A stretch of 64,000 nt of DNA. Origin: an uncultured Planctomycetaceae bacterium (lineage in GTDB: Bacteria > Planctomycetota > Planctomycetia > Isosphaerales > Isosphaeraceae). The DNA is taken from NCBI GenBank assembly GCA_963833985.1, contig CAWIAD010000002.1, positions 928,001-992,000 of the forward strand, written 5' to 3'. The position numbers and the translations under genes are program-made. Below the pieces are notes generated by a model that did no database searches, was not told the DNA's origin, and saw only the letters and a program-made list of their open reading frames with translations. Shown piece by piece: positions 39,486 to 48,973 of the stretch; position 1 is the first letter of the stretch; each line of letters opens with the position of its first letter.

Positions 39486-41063
39486 ATGGCTGCGGAAGCG
39501 AACCGGGCAACGGACCGGGCGGGGGATGGGACTCCGCCGGCAGACCACCTGGCTGTGGACTGCGCGGTTCGGGCTGCCGTGGCCCAGCAGCTGGGCGAGC
39601 CACGTTTCAGCCTCTGGTTCGGGGACGGGGTCGGTCTGGGTCTGAGCGGTGATGGCAACGCGCTCCAGGTCCAGGTCCCCAATGCCTTTTTCCGACAGTG
39701 GATGCAGCAGCATTTCTCGGCGAGTCTGCTGGATGCTGTGGAGACGGTGACCGGCCGCCGTGTCCAGCTCAGCTTTGCTCTCCAGAGCGAGTTGGATCCA
39801 CCGCTGGATGATGTGGTCGCTCCTTTTCCAGATCCTGCGCGGCCGCATCCCGGCGGCACGGTAAGCGTGCCGATCCCTGGGAATCCAAAGACCCCGCTTT
39901 CCAACCCCGCGACTCCAACAGGGCCCGGGCAACCTCACGTTCCGCGGTTCACGCCGCCGGCCAAGGACCACCGGCCAGAGCAGGACCTGGGACTGCCGAC
40001 GAGGCAGGGGGCCCCGGCGGTCAGCCGATCCTTGCGGCGTCTCGAGGAGTTCGTGACCGGGCCAGGCAACCAGCTTGCGCACGCCGCGGCGCGCGAGATG
40101 GTTCAAACAGCCGGCAAGTCGTTCAATCCGCTGGTTATTCATGGTCCGGTGGGCCTTGGCAAGACACACCTGCTGGAGGCCGTGACACAGGGCTTGCGGA
40201 TGGTGCACCCTGGACTGAACGTGCTGTCGATCACGGCCGAGGCGTTCACCAACAGTTTCCTGGAATCAATGCGCGCCGGCACGCTCAGCGGCTTCCGCAA
40301 TCGCTACCGTGCTCTGGGTGCCCTGGCGATGGATGACGTGCATTTCCTCGCGGTGACGCGGGCCACGCAGAACGAGTTCTTGCACACGTTCAATTCGCTC
40401 TTGCATCACGGTGCCGCAGTCATCGTGACGGCCGATCGGCATCCCCGCCGCATCACGCGGCTCATGGAAGAGTTGGTCACCCGGTTCCTCGGCGGCATGG
40501 TGGTCAAGCTGGAGCCCCCGGATCAGACCACCCGGCGCCGATCCTGGAAGCGAGGTCCGCGGCCCGAGGAGTGCTGGTTCCCGACGCGGTACTTGATTAC
40601 ATCGCCGAGCATTTGCGCTCCAGCGTTCGAGAGGCTCGAAGGGGCGCTGAGTTGCGTGATCACACATGCTGCGCTCACGGGTAGACGTCTCGACCTTGCC
40701 CTGGCCAGGAACGCGCTGCGTGACACGATCCAGCACACCACGCAGATCGTCGGTCTGCGCGATGTCGAGCGCGTGGTCTGCCAGCTCTTCCAGATCGAGC
40801 CCGAAGCCCTGAGGTCCGACAGCCGTACACGTGCCCTGGCCTACCCTCGGATGCTGGCAATGTACCTGGCGCGGAAATACACGGGTGCCGCCTACAGCGA
40901 GATCGGCCGCTACTTCGGCGACCGCAACCACTCGACGGTGATCTCGGCCGACAGAAAAGTACAGCGCTGGCTGCGTGACGAGGAACGAACCGCCCTGCTC
41001 CCCGGGTTTGAAACAGTTGCTGACGTACTTGTGGATCTTGAGCGAACCCTGGGCGGCTCCTGA
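39486..41063 (+). CDS. dnaA: Chromosomal replication initiator DnaA, planctomycete second-copy type (compensating frameshifts at ~40540 and ~40630)
   Basis: FVTGPGNQLA, NPLVIHGPVGLGKTHLL, MDDVHFL, TQNEFLHTFN, PRMLAMYLAR, IGRYFGDRNHSTVISA. Confidence 0.9.
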   Translation: MAAEANRATDRAGDGTPPADHLAVDCAVRAAVAQQLGEPRFSLWFGDGVGLGLSGDGNALQVQVPNAFFRQWMQQHFSASLLDAVETVTGRRVQLSFALQSELDPPLDDVVAPFPDPARPHPGGTVSVPIPGNPKTPLSNPATPTGPGQPHVPRFTPPAKDHRPEQDLGLPTRQGAPAVSRSLRRLEEFVTGPGNQLAHAAAREMVQTAGKSFNPLVIHGPVGLGKTHLLEAVTQGLRMVHPGLNVLSITAEAFTNSFLESMRAGTLSGFRNRYRALGALAMDDVHFLAVTRATQNEFLHTFNSLLHHGAAVIVTADRHPRRITRLMEELVTRFLGGMVVKLEPPDQTTRRRSWKRGPRPEECWFPTRYLITSPSICAPAFERLEGALSCVITHAALTGRRLDLALARNALRDTIQHTTQIVGLRDVERVVCQLFQIEPEALRSDSRTRALAYPRMLAMYLARKYTGAAYSEIGRYFGDRNHSTVISADRKVQRWLRDEERTALLPGFETVADVLVDLERTLGGS

Positions 41064-41206
41064 TCGAGACCCGACTCTCCCCCCGGCAACCGGCAAGTAA
41101 TGGCGTCACTCCTTGTTCCACGCCGGCCGTTCTGGAATGATGACGCGTACCGCGGGAGAGGCGAACCAGCCCTATCCCCACTTCCGGAGCGATTCGTCGA
41201 CGCGTC

Positions 41207-42133
41207 ATGCCGTTCCTGGGATACTTCAAGGGTCAACCGACCGAGTACGTCATCCGGTACGCCTCCGGACGGATCGTCCGCGAGGGCCAGGGGCTGGCGT
41301 TCTTTTACCTCAGGTACAACACCCAGCTCGTGGTGGTTCCCACCAGCAGCATGGACGCGAACCTCGTGTTCAACGAGGTCACCAGCAGTTTCCAGACGGT
41401 GACCGTGCAGGGTCAGTTCACCTACCGGATCCACAATCCGAAGCGGGCGGCGGAAACCCTCAACTTTGCCATGGATGCCGCGACCCATACCCACGCCTCC
41501 AACGATCCGGACCGCCTGGCACAGCGAATCACGAACATCATCCAGATGGAGACCCGCGGCGAGATCCAGAAGCGGTCTCTGGAAGAGGTTCTGACGCAAT
41601 ACGAATCCATTGCCGGCAGGGTCTTGGAGCGCATCAAGAACTCGTCACTGCTCGATCCGCTTGGCGTCGATCTGCTCAGCGTCTACTTCGTCGCGGCCAA
41701 GCCGACGCCCGAGGTGGCCAAGGCCCTGGAGGCGGAATATCGCGAGTCGCTGCTGCGAAAGGCCGATATGGCCATCTCCGCGCGCCGCGCCGCCGCGGTC
41801 GAGGAGGAGCGCAAGATCAAGGAGAACGAGCTGAACACCGAGATCGCCCTGGAGCAGCAGCGCCGGCAGCTCATCGACTTGCAGGGGAACAACGCCTTGC
41901 AGGAGGCCGCCAATCGCGGCAAGGCGTTGGAGGAAGAGGCCGCTTACCGCACGCGAGTGCGGCAGCACGAGCTTGACCTCTACGCGGCGATCGACCCGCG
42001 CAAGGTGCTTGCCCTGGCCATGAGCGATCTCGGTCAGAACGCTGGCCGGATCGGCAACCTGACGATCACATCGGAGATCCTCGCGGCTCTCCTCGACGGC
42101 CGCGGGTCGGCATCCGCCTCCGACGGGGAATGA
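41207..42133 (+). CDS. SPFH/Band-7 domain protein (NrtX-like)
   Basis: YFKGQPTEYV, GQGLAFFY, FQTVTVQGQFTYRI, coiled coil RRAAAVEEERKIKENELNTEI, IGNLTIT. Confidence 0.85.
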   Translation: MPFLGYFKGQPTEYVIRYASGRIVREGQGLAFFYLRYNTQLVVVPTSSMDANLVFNEVTSSFQTVTVQGQFTYRIHNPKRAAETLNFAMDAATHTHASNDPDRLAQRITNIIQMETRGEIQKRSLEEVLTQYESIAGRVLERIKNSSLLDPLGVDLLSVYFVAAKPTPEVAKALEAEYRESLLRKADMAISARRAAAVEEERKIKENELNTEIALEQQRRQLIDLQGNNALQEAANRGKALEEEAAYRTRVRQHELDLYAAIDPRKVLALAMSDLGQNAGRIGNLTITSEILAALLDGRGSASASDGE

Positions 42134-43120
42134 GTGAGTGAGCGGCTCATGGCGGAACGCGACAAGCTGGTGATCATCACCCGCAAGACAGCCCTCGAAG
42201 AGCTGATCGAACGGTTCAACACCCGCGACCAGGCGCGTTTTTACCTCGAGCACATGGGAGAAGACTTCGCGCCCTATGAAGAGGCGCATCAGGCCTACCA
42301 ACGCGCGGTCGGCTTGCTACGGGGGTCCATTCCCGAAGGATGGCGCGTGCAGTGGATCGACCGCTCGTTCCTGCCGACATTCACCTTTGGAGAATCGGAC
42401 CTGGTCGTGGTGCTGGGACAGGATGGCCTGGTTGTCAATGCGGCCAAATACCTCGGCGGCCAGCCCGTCGTCGCGCTCAATCCGGATCCCCAGCGGATCG
42501 ACGGAGTCTTGCTCCCATTTTCCGTGGAAGACGCTCCTTCCGCGATCACCCGGGCCCGTTCCGGCGCGAAGGTCTGGCGCGATGTGACGATGGCGGAAGC
42601 CGTGCTCAACGACGGACAACGCCTGCTGGCAGTCAATGACCTGTTCATCGGGGCCAGAACACACACCTCGGCGCGTTACCGCATCCGTCATCAGGGTCGC
42701 GAGGAGGACCAGTCGTCAAGTGGCCTGATCGTTTCCACGGGCGCCGGTTCCACCGGCTGGCACCGGTCCGTCCTTGCGGGTGCCGCGGGCATTGTCGCCA
42801 GCGTCCTGAGATCGCCCAGGATCCTGAAAGCTCGCCAGGAGTACGCCTTTCCCTGGGAAGACCGGTCGCTGGTCTTCACGGTCCGCGAGCCGTTCGAGAG
42901 CAAGACCTCCAGCGCGGAGATCGTTCACGGCGTCATCACACAGGAACGGCCGTTGCAGATCATCTCGCACATGCCTCAGAACGGCGTCATCTTCAGTGAC
43001 GGCGTGGAGGAAGACCGGCTTGACTTCAACAGCGGGTCCATCGCTCAGATCGGGCTGGCCGAGCGGACGTTGAGGCTGGTGGTTCCACCCGGACGGCCCG
43101 CCGAGACCATCCGTGGATGA
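42134..43120 (+). CDS. NAD-kinase-like (PpnK-fold) protein (NrtY-like)
   Basis: VVVLGQDGL, LAVNDLFIG, SSGLIVSTGAGSTGW, VREPF, GVIFSDG. Confidence 0.82.
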   Translation: MSERLMAERDKLVIITRKTALEELIERFNTRDQARFYLEHMGEDFAPYEEAHQAYQRAVGLLRGSIPEGWRVQWIDRSFLPTFTFGESDLVVVLGQDGLVVNAAKYLGGQPVVALNPDPQRIDGVLLPFSVEDAPSAITRARSGAKVWRDVTMAEAVLNDGQRLLAVNDLFIGARTHTSARYRIRHQGREEDQSSSGLIVSTGAGSTGWHRSVLAGAAGIVASVLRSPRILKARQEYAFPWEDRSLVFTVREPFESKTSSAEIVHGVITQERPLQIISHMPQNGVIFSDGVEEDRLDFNSGSIAQIGLAERTLRLVVPPGRPAETIRG

Positions 43121-43146
43121 AATGCTCGGATCGGCCCGTGCGTCGA

Positions 43147-44946
43147 TCAGGGAATTCCGGCGGAGCTGGCCTGGCGCTGTTCCTGGGGGCCAGCGGGCAG
43201 GTGCTCCAGCTTGTCGAGCCTGCGTTCAAGCTGTTCCAGGCGCTCGGTCAGGGCCCTGGGAACCGTGAGCTTGAGCTCCTCGGCCTGGGGAGGCGCCACC
43301 GGTGCGCGGAGTGGGCTGCGTGCGGGACCAGGGATCGACACGGCGCCTGGCGCCCTGCGCCAGGGTGGCAGGTTGTCCTGACCAGTGGCGGTGCCGGCCG
43401 TCTTTTCGCCCCGGTGAGAAGCCTCGCCCGTGGACAATGGAGCGGGCACCACAGTGGAAGAGTTCGGGGCTGTGCTCGTCAAGGCCGGTCCGACCGTCAA
43501 TCGCCCCGGCTCGCTCCTGGCTTCCACTGGGACAACGGACCGGCCGTCCGCGGTGCCGCCCACGATCTTTGGAACAGGTTCGGGGCCTGCATCGCTTCGG
43601 CTGCTGGTGCGCAGCTCCAGCGACAATAGCCGGCGCTGGGGACCGTGACCGCGAACCACCGCCAGGCGGATGAGCGATTCGGCCGGTAACCGGCCCAGCC
43701 GGTCGGTGAGGTCATGGGCCGAACGGATCGGCTGGCCGTCCATCGCGATGATGGCGTCTCCGGCCTTGAGACCGGCCTTTGCGGCAGGTGTTCCGGCCAT
43801 CACATCTCGCAGTGCAGCGCCCTCGCCCGTGACCGCGGCCGCATCCGGAGCCGGGTCGGCCTCGCCGCCCCGAGATCTCGATTTTCCCGCACTCCCCGGG
43901 GCCGGCTCAAAGCGTACGCCCAGGTAGGCCCGGTCGACGTGGCCCCGGGCGCGGAGCTGGTCGGCCACCCAGAGGATGTCGCGGACCGGCAGAGCGAAGC
44001 CAAAATCGTTGTCACGCTCCACCCGGCTCCTGGCCGCGTCGGGCGTGGCGAGGCCGCTCCGGATCACGCCCAGCATCTGACCGCGCAGGTTGGCAACCAC
44101 CGCGCCGCTGTCGCCGGGGTAAAGTGGTGCCTGGACCTGTATCAGCCCACCGAGCTGGCGGGAGCCAAGCATGAGGGCTCGATCCAGCCCCGCGATGTGG
44201 CCGCGGCTGACGGTGTGCCCCAGTCCCAAGGGGTTGCCAACCACGACGACCTGGCCCCCCAGCGCGGGTTCGTCGGCCGCGATCTCAATGGGCCGCACGG
44301 CACGTGGTTCAATTTGAAGCAGGGTCAGACCGGTCTCCTGATCGGTCGCCACCCAGTGGGCCAGGTGGCGCTTTCCCAGCGCGTCGTGGGCAACGATGGC
44401 CGGGCACTCCGGCGTTTTCTCGCTCGCTGAGCCGGAACCAGGAGCCGGCGCGGGGGGTGGGTCAATGCGCACCGAGAGTACGTCACCTCGAAGATTGATC
44501 ACCACGCCGGTGGCGAGCCTGCGCGAACCAGGCGGTCCCTCCAGTGCCGTGTACTCCAGGGTGACCACCGAGCTTCGGGCCCGTGCCATTCCGGCCGACA
44601 TCCGGCGCTCAAGCTGCTCCAGCGCTGCGATCACGGAAGCGTCTGCGGTCTCCGTTCCGGGATCGCCCGCCACATCTCCCCGGTTCCCGTCCTCGCCGGC
44701 ATCCGGGCTACCTGGCTTCCCTGCGCCGTTCTGGTGCGTGCCGGAAGTTGCCGGAGGACGTGCTTCCGGACCCTCGGGTGTCCCGGCCGTTCCTGGCCTG
44801 GGTGAGGAAGCGAGCTGACCGGTCGCCGGCCTGGTCTTGATGGGCTCGTCGGACCAGAACCCTGACTTCGCCGCTCCCAGGAACACCAGACCGCTGGCGG
44901 TTGCCAGGGCCAGGCGCTTCTGTAATGAGGACGCAAGCAAGGGCAT
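43147..44946 (-). CDS. HtrA/S1C-like trypsin-fold + PDZ protein with degenerate catalytic triad
   Basis: VVGNPLGLGHTVSRG, IQVQAPLYPGDSGA, GFALP, RAYLGV, PDZ TPAAKAGLKAGDAI. Confidence 0.85.
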   Translation of the reverse strand: MPLLASSLQKRLALATASGLVFLGAAKSGFWSDEPIKTRPATGQLASSPRPGTAGTPEGPEARPPATSGTHQNGAGKPGSPDAGEDGNRGDVAGDPGTETADASVIAALEQLERRMSAGMARARSSVVTLEYTALEGPPGSRRLATGVVINLRGDVLSVRIDPPPAPAPGSGSASEKTPECPAIVAHDALGKRHLAHWVATDQETGLTLLQIEPRAVRPIEIAADEPALGGQVVVVGNPLGLGHTVSRGHIAGLDRALMLGSRQLGGLIQVQAPLYPGDSGAVVANLRGQMLGVIRSGLATPDAARSRVERDNDFGFALPVRDILWVADQLRARGHVDRAYLGVRFEPAPGSAGKSRSRGGEADPAPDAAAVTGEGAALRDVMAGTPAAKAGLKAGDAIIAMDGQPIRSAHDLTDRLGRLPAESLIRLAVVRGHGPQRRLLSLELRTSSRSDAGPEPVPKIVGGTADGRSVVPVEARSEPGRLTVGPALTSTAPNSSTVVPAPLSTGEASHRGEKTAGTATGQDNLPPWRRAPGAVSIPGPARSPLRAPVAPPQAEELKLTVPRALTERLEQLERRLDKLEHLPAGPQEQRQASSAGIP

Positions 44947-45111
44947 CGATGTTTCTCACATTGCATTGCGAGTCACCTTCCCGAGAACCACGAAGCTCAT
45001 GCTCCAGGGTGGTGATCCGGGATGGCGGAATGGCTTGACCTATCGTTTCAGGGCCTCAACCAACCAGCATGAACCGATACGGGCAGCCAGCCGGGCCGCC
45101 GGTCGCTTTTC

Positions 45112-46014
45112 TCAGTACGCGGATTTGGATGCACGCGTTTCGGGCGGCATGGGAGTGCCGTGTTCCAGATCAAAATCGTAACGCAGGGCGGAGGTCTCGG
45201 CGGCGGCGGCGGTCGTGCTGGTCGCGACGGTCCTGGACGTGGCCGCTTGACCCATCACGGCCGGCGCCGGCGCCGAACTGGACAGGGACAGCGACTTCGA
45301 GGCACGCGTCACGGTCCGTGACGGCGTGGCCGTCACCACATCTTCGGAAACTTCAAGTTGCTCAGGGGGTGGCGACGCCGTATCGGAGATGGCAACGGTG
45401 TCGTCCGCGATCCGTACCGCGCCGCGTTGCTGCCGGTGGTGCAGGGACGAAGCGAGCAGGACCGCGGCGACAAGTCCGGCTGCTCCCAGACCGAGGCCCA
45501 GACCCAGGCCCACCTGGGCATTCCAGAACCAGAGCGGCCTCCGGGACCGCGACCGCGTCCGCAGGGCGGCCGGCGCCATGAGCCGGGTGAAGAAATCGCC
45601 TATCGAGTCCCGTGTCCACGCCAGCTGCAACGGCAAATTGCTCTCGAGCTGGTTCCAGCCCTGAGCCAGACGCTCCGCCGCGGCACTGGCCGCCGGCGGG
45701 CAGAGTGCGCGGAAGCTGCTCAGCCAGCCTGATTGGTGCGGATCGCAACGTCCTCTGATGCGGTCTTCGAGGTTCGGCCACAGCGATGCCGTTCGCGGCT
45801 CGGCCGTCATTTCGGTGGCCGTGATGCTGAGGACCGACAGCGCATTCTGAAGCGAGTGATGATGCATGCGGCAGGCGCGGCATTCCTCCAGATGCTGCTC
45901 GATGAGCCGACGATCCTGGTCGCTCAGGCCGCTGCCGTCGCAGTCCAGACCCTCGCTCTCGTCCACCAGGAGCGGAAGCCAATCGAGCACCCAGGAACAC
46001 GTGGGACGCGCCAT
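45112..46014 (-). CDS. Zinc-binding (zf-HC2/ZAS) anti-sigma factor with TM helix
   Basis: C...LPLL...EQHLEECRAC (HxxxCxxC), TM GLGLGLGAAGLVAAVLL. Confidence 0.82.
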   Translation of the reverse strand: MARPTCSWVLDWLPLLVDESEGLDCDGSGLSDQDRRLIEQHLEECRACRMHHHSLQNALSVLSITATEMTAEPRTASLWPNLEDRIRGRCDPHQSGWLSSFRALCPPAASAAAERLAQGWNQLESNLPLQLAWTRDSIGDFFTRLMAPAALRTRSRSRRPLWFWNAQVGLGLGLGLGAAGLVAAVLLASSLHHRQQRGAVRIADDTVAISDTASPPPEQLEVSEDVVTATPSRTVTRASKSLSLSSSAPAPAVMGQAATSRTVATSTTAAAAETSALRYDFDLEHGTPMPPETRASKSAY

Positions 46015-46033
46015 GATCAAGCCTTTGCCTTGC

Positions 46034-46819
46034 TCAGCCATCCCCGGCCTCCACTTTGGTCCCGTCCTGGCGTTGCTGCCAGACCTGCCGGAACATCTCA
46101 CGTGCCTTGGACAGGCGCCAGCGAATGGTGGCCTCACGACGCCCCACGATTGCCGCAACTTCCGATGACGAGAAACCTTCCAGATCTCTGAGCACGAGAA
46201 TTGTACGGTACGAAACGGGGAGCCGTGTCAAAATATACTGAACCTCCTGGGCAAGCTCGGTCTGAATCCTCGGGTCAGGGTCGGGAAGCTCGAAGGGGAG
46301 CTGCCCATTTCCGTGTGGTCGATCGATCGACGCCGGCGGCACGCCTTCGTTGCGGTTTCGCCGCAGCCAGTCCAGGCCGAGATTCACGGCCACCCGAAAC
46401 AGCCATGGACCGAACCTTCTGGCGGTGTCAAACCGCTCCAGCCGGTTGTAGACCCGCCAGAAGCTCTCCTGTGCCAGGTCACGGGCCAGTTCCGGGTCGC
46501 GCACCAGCCGGGTAAGAACCCGAATCAGCTTGCGCTCGTAACGCCGAACCAGGATCGCGAAAGCCGCATGGTCTGCATGCCGGGCCCGCTCGACGAGCCA
46601 GGCGTCGTTCAGGGTCGATTCGTCATGAACCACGACACTTTCCGTGTCGACCGTGGGCTCGGTCGCGGAGTTCGCGCTCGGCACGGCTTCCGCTTCTCCC
46701 TTCAGATCAAGAGAACGATCCGTGGGAATCGGCTCCCCTGCGGCTGACCGACTGCGACCAGGCGCATGCAGTTCCGTATTCGGCGCAGGCCCGGTCTGCA
46801 CCGGCTTCCGCATTCGCAT
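46034..46819 (-). CDS. ECF RNA polymerase sigma factor
   Basis: AFAILVRRY, ARDLAQESF, FGPWLFRVAVN, LVLRDLEGFS..EVA, TIRWRLSKAR; RBS GGGGAGG. Confidence 0.93.
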   Translation of the reverse strand: MRMRKPVQTGPAPNTELHAPGRSRSAAGEPIPTDRSLDLKGEAEAVPSANSATEPTVDTESVVVHDESTLNDAWLVERARHADHAAFAILVRRYERKLIRVLTRLVRDPELARDLAQESFWRVYNRLERFDTARRFGPWLFRVAVNLGLDWLRRNRNEGVPPASIDRPHGNGQLPFELPDPDPRIQTELAQEVQYILTRLPVSYRTILVLRDLEGFSSSEVAAIVGRREATIRWRLSKAREMFRQVWQQRQDGTKVEAGDG

Positions 46820-46840
46820 GACCTCCCCTTGTGATTTATG

Positions 46841-46868
46841 ATACGTCGGAACAGTGCACGGTGTTGGA
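46841..46868 (-). promoter_or_regulatory. ECF-type promoter CCAAC-N17-CGTAT (likely autoregulatory)
   Basis: Minus strand reads tccAACaccgtgcactgttccgaCGTAtc, ~22 nt upstream of the sigma ATG. Confidence 0.55.
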
Positions 46869-47051
46869 GCTTTTTGCGGTCTTGCACGGCGTCTGACCGG
46901 CGCGGGCTGGCCGCATCAGAGGTCTCACCCGTTTCAAACGGAAGGGCGGCAACCCGCTCACGACCTGTTCGAGGACCGATCGATGCGGTTCGATGCGCGC
47001 AGCGGTAAGGCTCCGGCAGACAGCGCTGCCTCGAACCCAACAGATTTGTTA

Positions 47052-47081
47052 ATCATTGGTACCAAACCGACTTTTTGTCAA
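47052..47081 (-). promoter_or_regulatory. Possible sigma70 promoter TTGACA-N18-AATGAT toward the ECF gene
   Basis: Read directly; contains the palindrome TTGGTACCAA. Confidence 0.35.
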
Positions 47082-47175
47082 CCGGCATCCTCAAGCCCGA
47101 CGTGCATGACCCTGGGTACTCCGCGGACCCCGGTTCGTGCACCGGCGGGGCGAGACTAGTGTAAAGCAAGCAGCC

Positions 47176-48177
47176 ATGACTGGATCGGTCCCGCGCGTCG
47201 AGCTCTGCCCGCCGGCCGCCTGCGCGGCCGCGCTGCGGGTGCTCTACCATCGGATCCCTGACTCGCTGCGGTCTTGCCTGGTGGACGAGGTTCTTCAAGA
47301 AGCAGCTTCCGGCCAGATCGATCTCTCGGGAATGTGGGTGGCTTGGGGCCGCTCCGCGGGATCGGGATCTGGCCGGATGCGGATCGTCGGTGCCCTGATG
47401 ACACAGTCGCTGGCTGGCCGGGCGGCTGCCGTCTGGGCCCCTGAGGTTCTGCCATGCTGGCGGCGGGGCACAATTGCGGCCACGATGGTGCGGACGGCAC
47501 TGGACGGATTACGGACGCTCGGATTCCGTCTCGCCCAGGCCGTACTCGATGAGTCCGCCGGCGGGCGCGGAGCGCTGGACTTGACCCGTGGCGGCATGCC
47601 CCACGTGACCGAGCTCGTCTACCTGGAGCGCCCCACGGCACCGCCATTGCAGGAATGGACCAGCACGGGTCAGTTGGCTCGGCCTCCGGCACCGCGGCAG
47701 CTTATCTGGTCTCCGTTCGCCCCAACCCGGGAGGCGGAATTCCGGTTTTACTTGGAGGCGACATACGCCTCCAGCCTGGATCTGCCCGAGCTGGAAGGCT
47801 CTCGTTCACTCGACGACATCCTGGCGGGCCATCGTGCCACGGGACGATTCGTTGCTGAGCGCTGGAGGCTCGGGCGGGTGCCCGGTGAGCCAGACGCCGC
47901 GGTGGTCTTGCTGCTCTCCGAGATTCCCAATCGCGACGTCTGGGAGGTGGTGTACCTGGGCTTGACCGGGCCGGCGCGCGGCCGGGGTATTGGCCGGGCC
48001 GCCATCGCTCACGCACTGGAGCTGGCGCGGCCACATGCTGCGCGGCTCGAACTGGCCGTCGATGTTCGCAACTTGCCCGCGATCCGCCTCTACGAATCGG
48101 CCGGCTTTGTCGCGTTCGATCGTCGTGCCGTGCATCTGGCGGTTTTTCCGCACCCCGGCCCCGCGCCGGTCGGGTAA
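47176..48177 (+). CDS. GNAT-family acetyltransferase (tandem GNAT, MshD-like)
   Basis: YLGLTGPARGRGIGRA, LAVDVRNLPAIRLYESAGF. Confidence 0.85.
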   Translation: MTGSVPRVELCPPAACAAALRVLYHRIPDSLRSCLVDEVLQEAASGQIDLSGMWVAWGRSAGSGSGRMRIVGALMTQSLAGRAAAVWAPEVLPCWRRGTIAATMVRTALDGLRTLGFRLAQAVLDESAGGRGALDLTRGGMPHVTELVYLERPTAPPLQEWTSTGQLARPPAPRQLIWSPFAPTREAEFRFYLEATYASSLDLPELEGSRSLDDILAGHRATGRFVAERWRLGRVPGEPDAAVVLLLSEIPNRDVWEVVYLGLTGPARGRGIGRAAIAHALELARPHAARLELAVDVRNLPAIRLYESAGFVAFDRRAVHLAVFPHPGPAPVG

Positions 48178-48223
48178 CCTGCCTCGGACCCCGAATCGGG
48201 CCCGCGTCTCTGCGGCTTGCTCT

Positions 48224-48973
48224 CTACTTGGAGGAAGCCGGTCGTGACGTGTCGCCGGTTGGTCGGTGGCGCAGGATCTCGCCTTCCTTGAGATAAACCA
48301 CGGCCTCCGCGATCTTCGAGGCGTGGTCGGCGATGCGCTCGATGTTCCGGGCCGTGTTAACCAGCCGGAGCCATGTGTTGATGCGTTCAGGATGCGCCGT
48401 GATTTCCTGTTTCAGCAGCTTGAGCACGGAGCGATAATGGCGGTCGACCCGCCGCTCGGCGGCCATGACCGCTTGGGCCTGGGCCACGTCCGCGGCGACG
48501 AGTGCGTCCAGGCTATCGTGAACCTGGTCGAGGGCCTCCAGCCCCAGGTTTTCCAGCGGTTGAGGGATCGGGAAGGCCTGTGGATCCGCGGCGAGCTTCT
48601 TCACCCGCTTGGCGATATGACGCGCCAGATCGGCCAGCCGCTCGAGGTCGCCGTTGATCTTGAGCACGGCAGCCACCCGCCTCAGGTCCGATGCCACGGG
48701 CTGATGCAGCGCCAGGACGCGTACGCACTCGCGCTCGATCTCCACTTCCCAGCGGTTCACGGCCGGTTTTTGAAGCTTGATCTCGTCGGCAAGGTCCGTG
48801 CGCCCGTCACACAGTGCGTGGATGCTCTGGTTCAGGGCATCCTCGACAACCGCGGCAAGCTTCAGCACGTCAGACCACAGGCCTTCCAGGTCGCGAACGA
48901 AATGGCGGCCCAGCGTGACGCGCTGCTGGCCCCAGTCCCAGGCGGAGGCCGCCATTGTGTTGTCATCAGGCAT
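48224..48973 (-). CDS. phoU: Phosphate signalling protein PhoU
   Basis: HQPVASDLR, DLERLADLA, ARNIERIADHA, IAEAVVYL.EG. Confidence 0.92.
   Translation of the reverse strand: MPDDNTMAASAWDWGQQRVTLGRHFVRDLEGLWSDVLKLAAVVEDALNQSIHALCDGRTDLADEIKLQKPAVNRWEVEIERECVRVLALHQPVASDLRRVAAVLKINGDLERLADLARHIAKRVKKLAADPQAFPIPQPLENLGLEALDQVHDSLDALVAADVAQAQAVMAAERRVDRHYRSVLKLLKQEITAHPERINTWLRLVNTARNIERIADHASKIAEAVVYLKEGEILRHRPTGDTSRPASSK

Noticed and set aside
41103..41146. GCGTCA..TTCCA..TGGAA..TGACGC imperfect inverted repeat upstream of the SPFH gene as an NrtR site or terminator
   Set aside because: Asymmetric, no U-tract, and not the compact palindrome expected of an operator.
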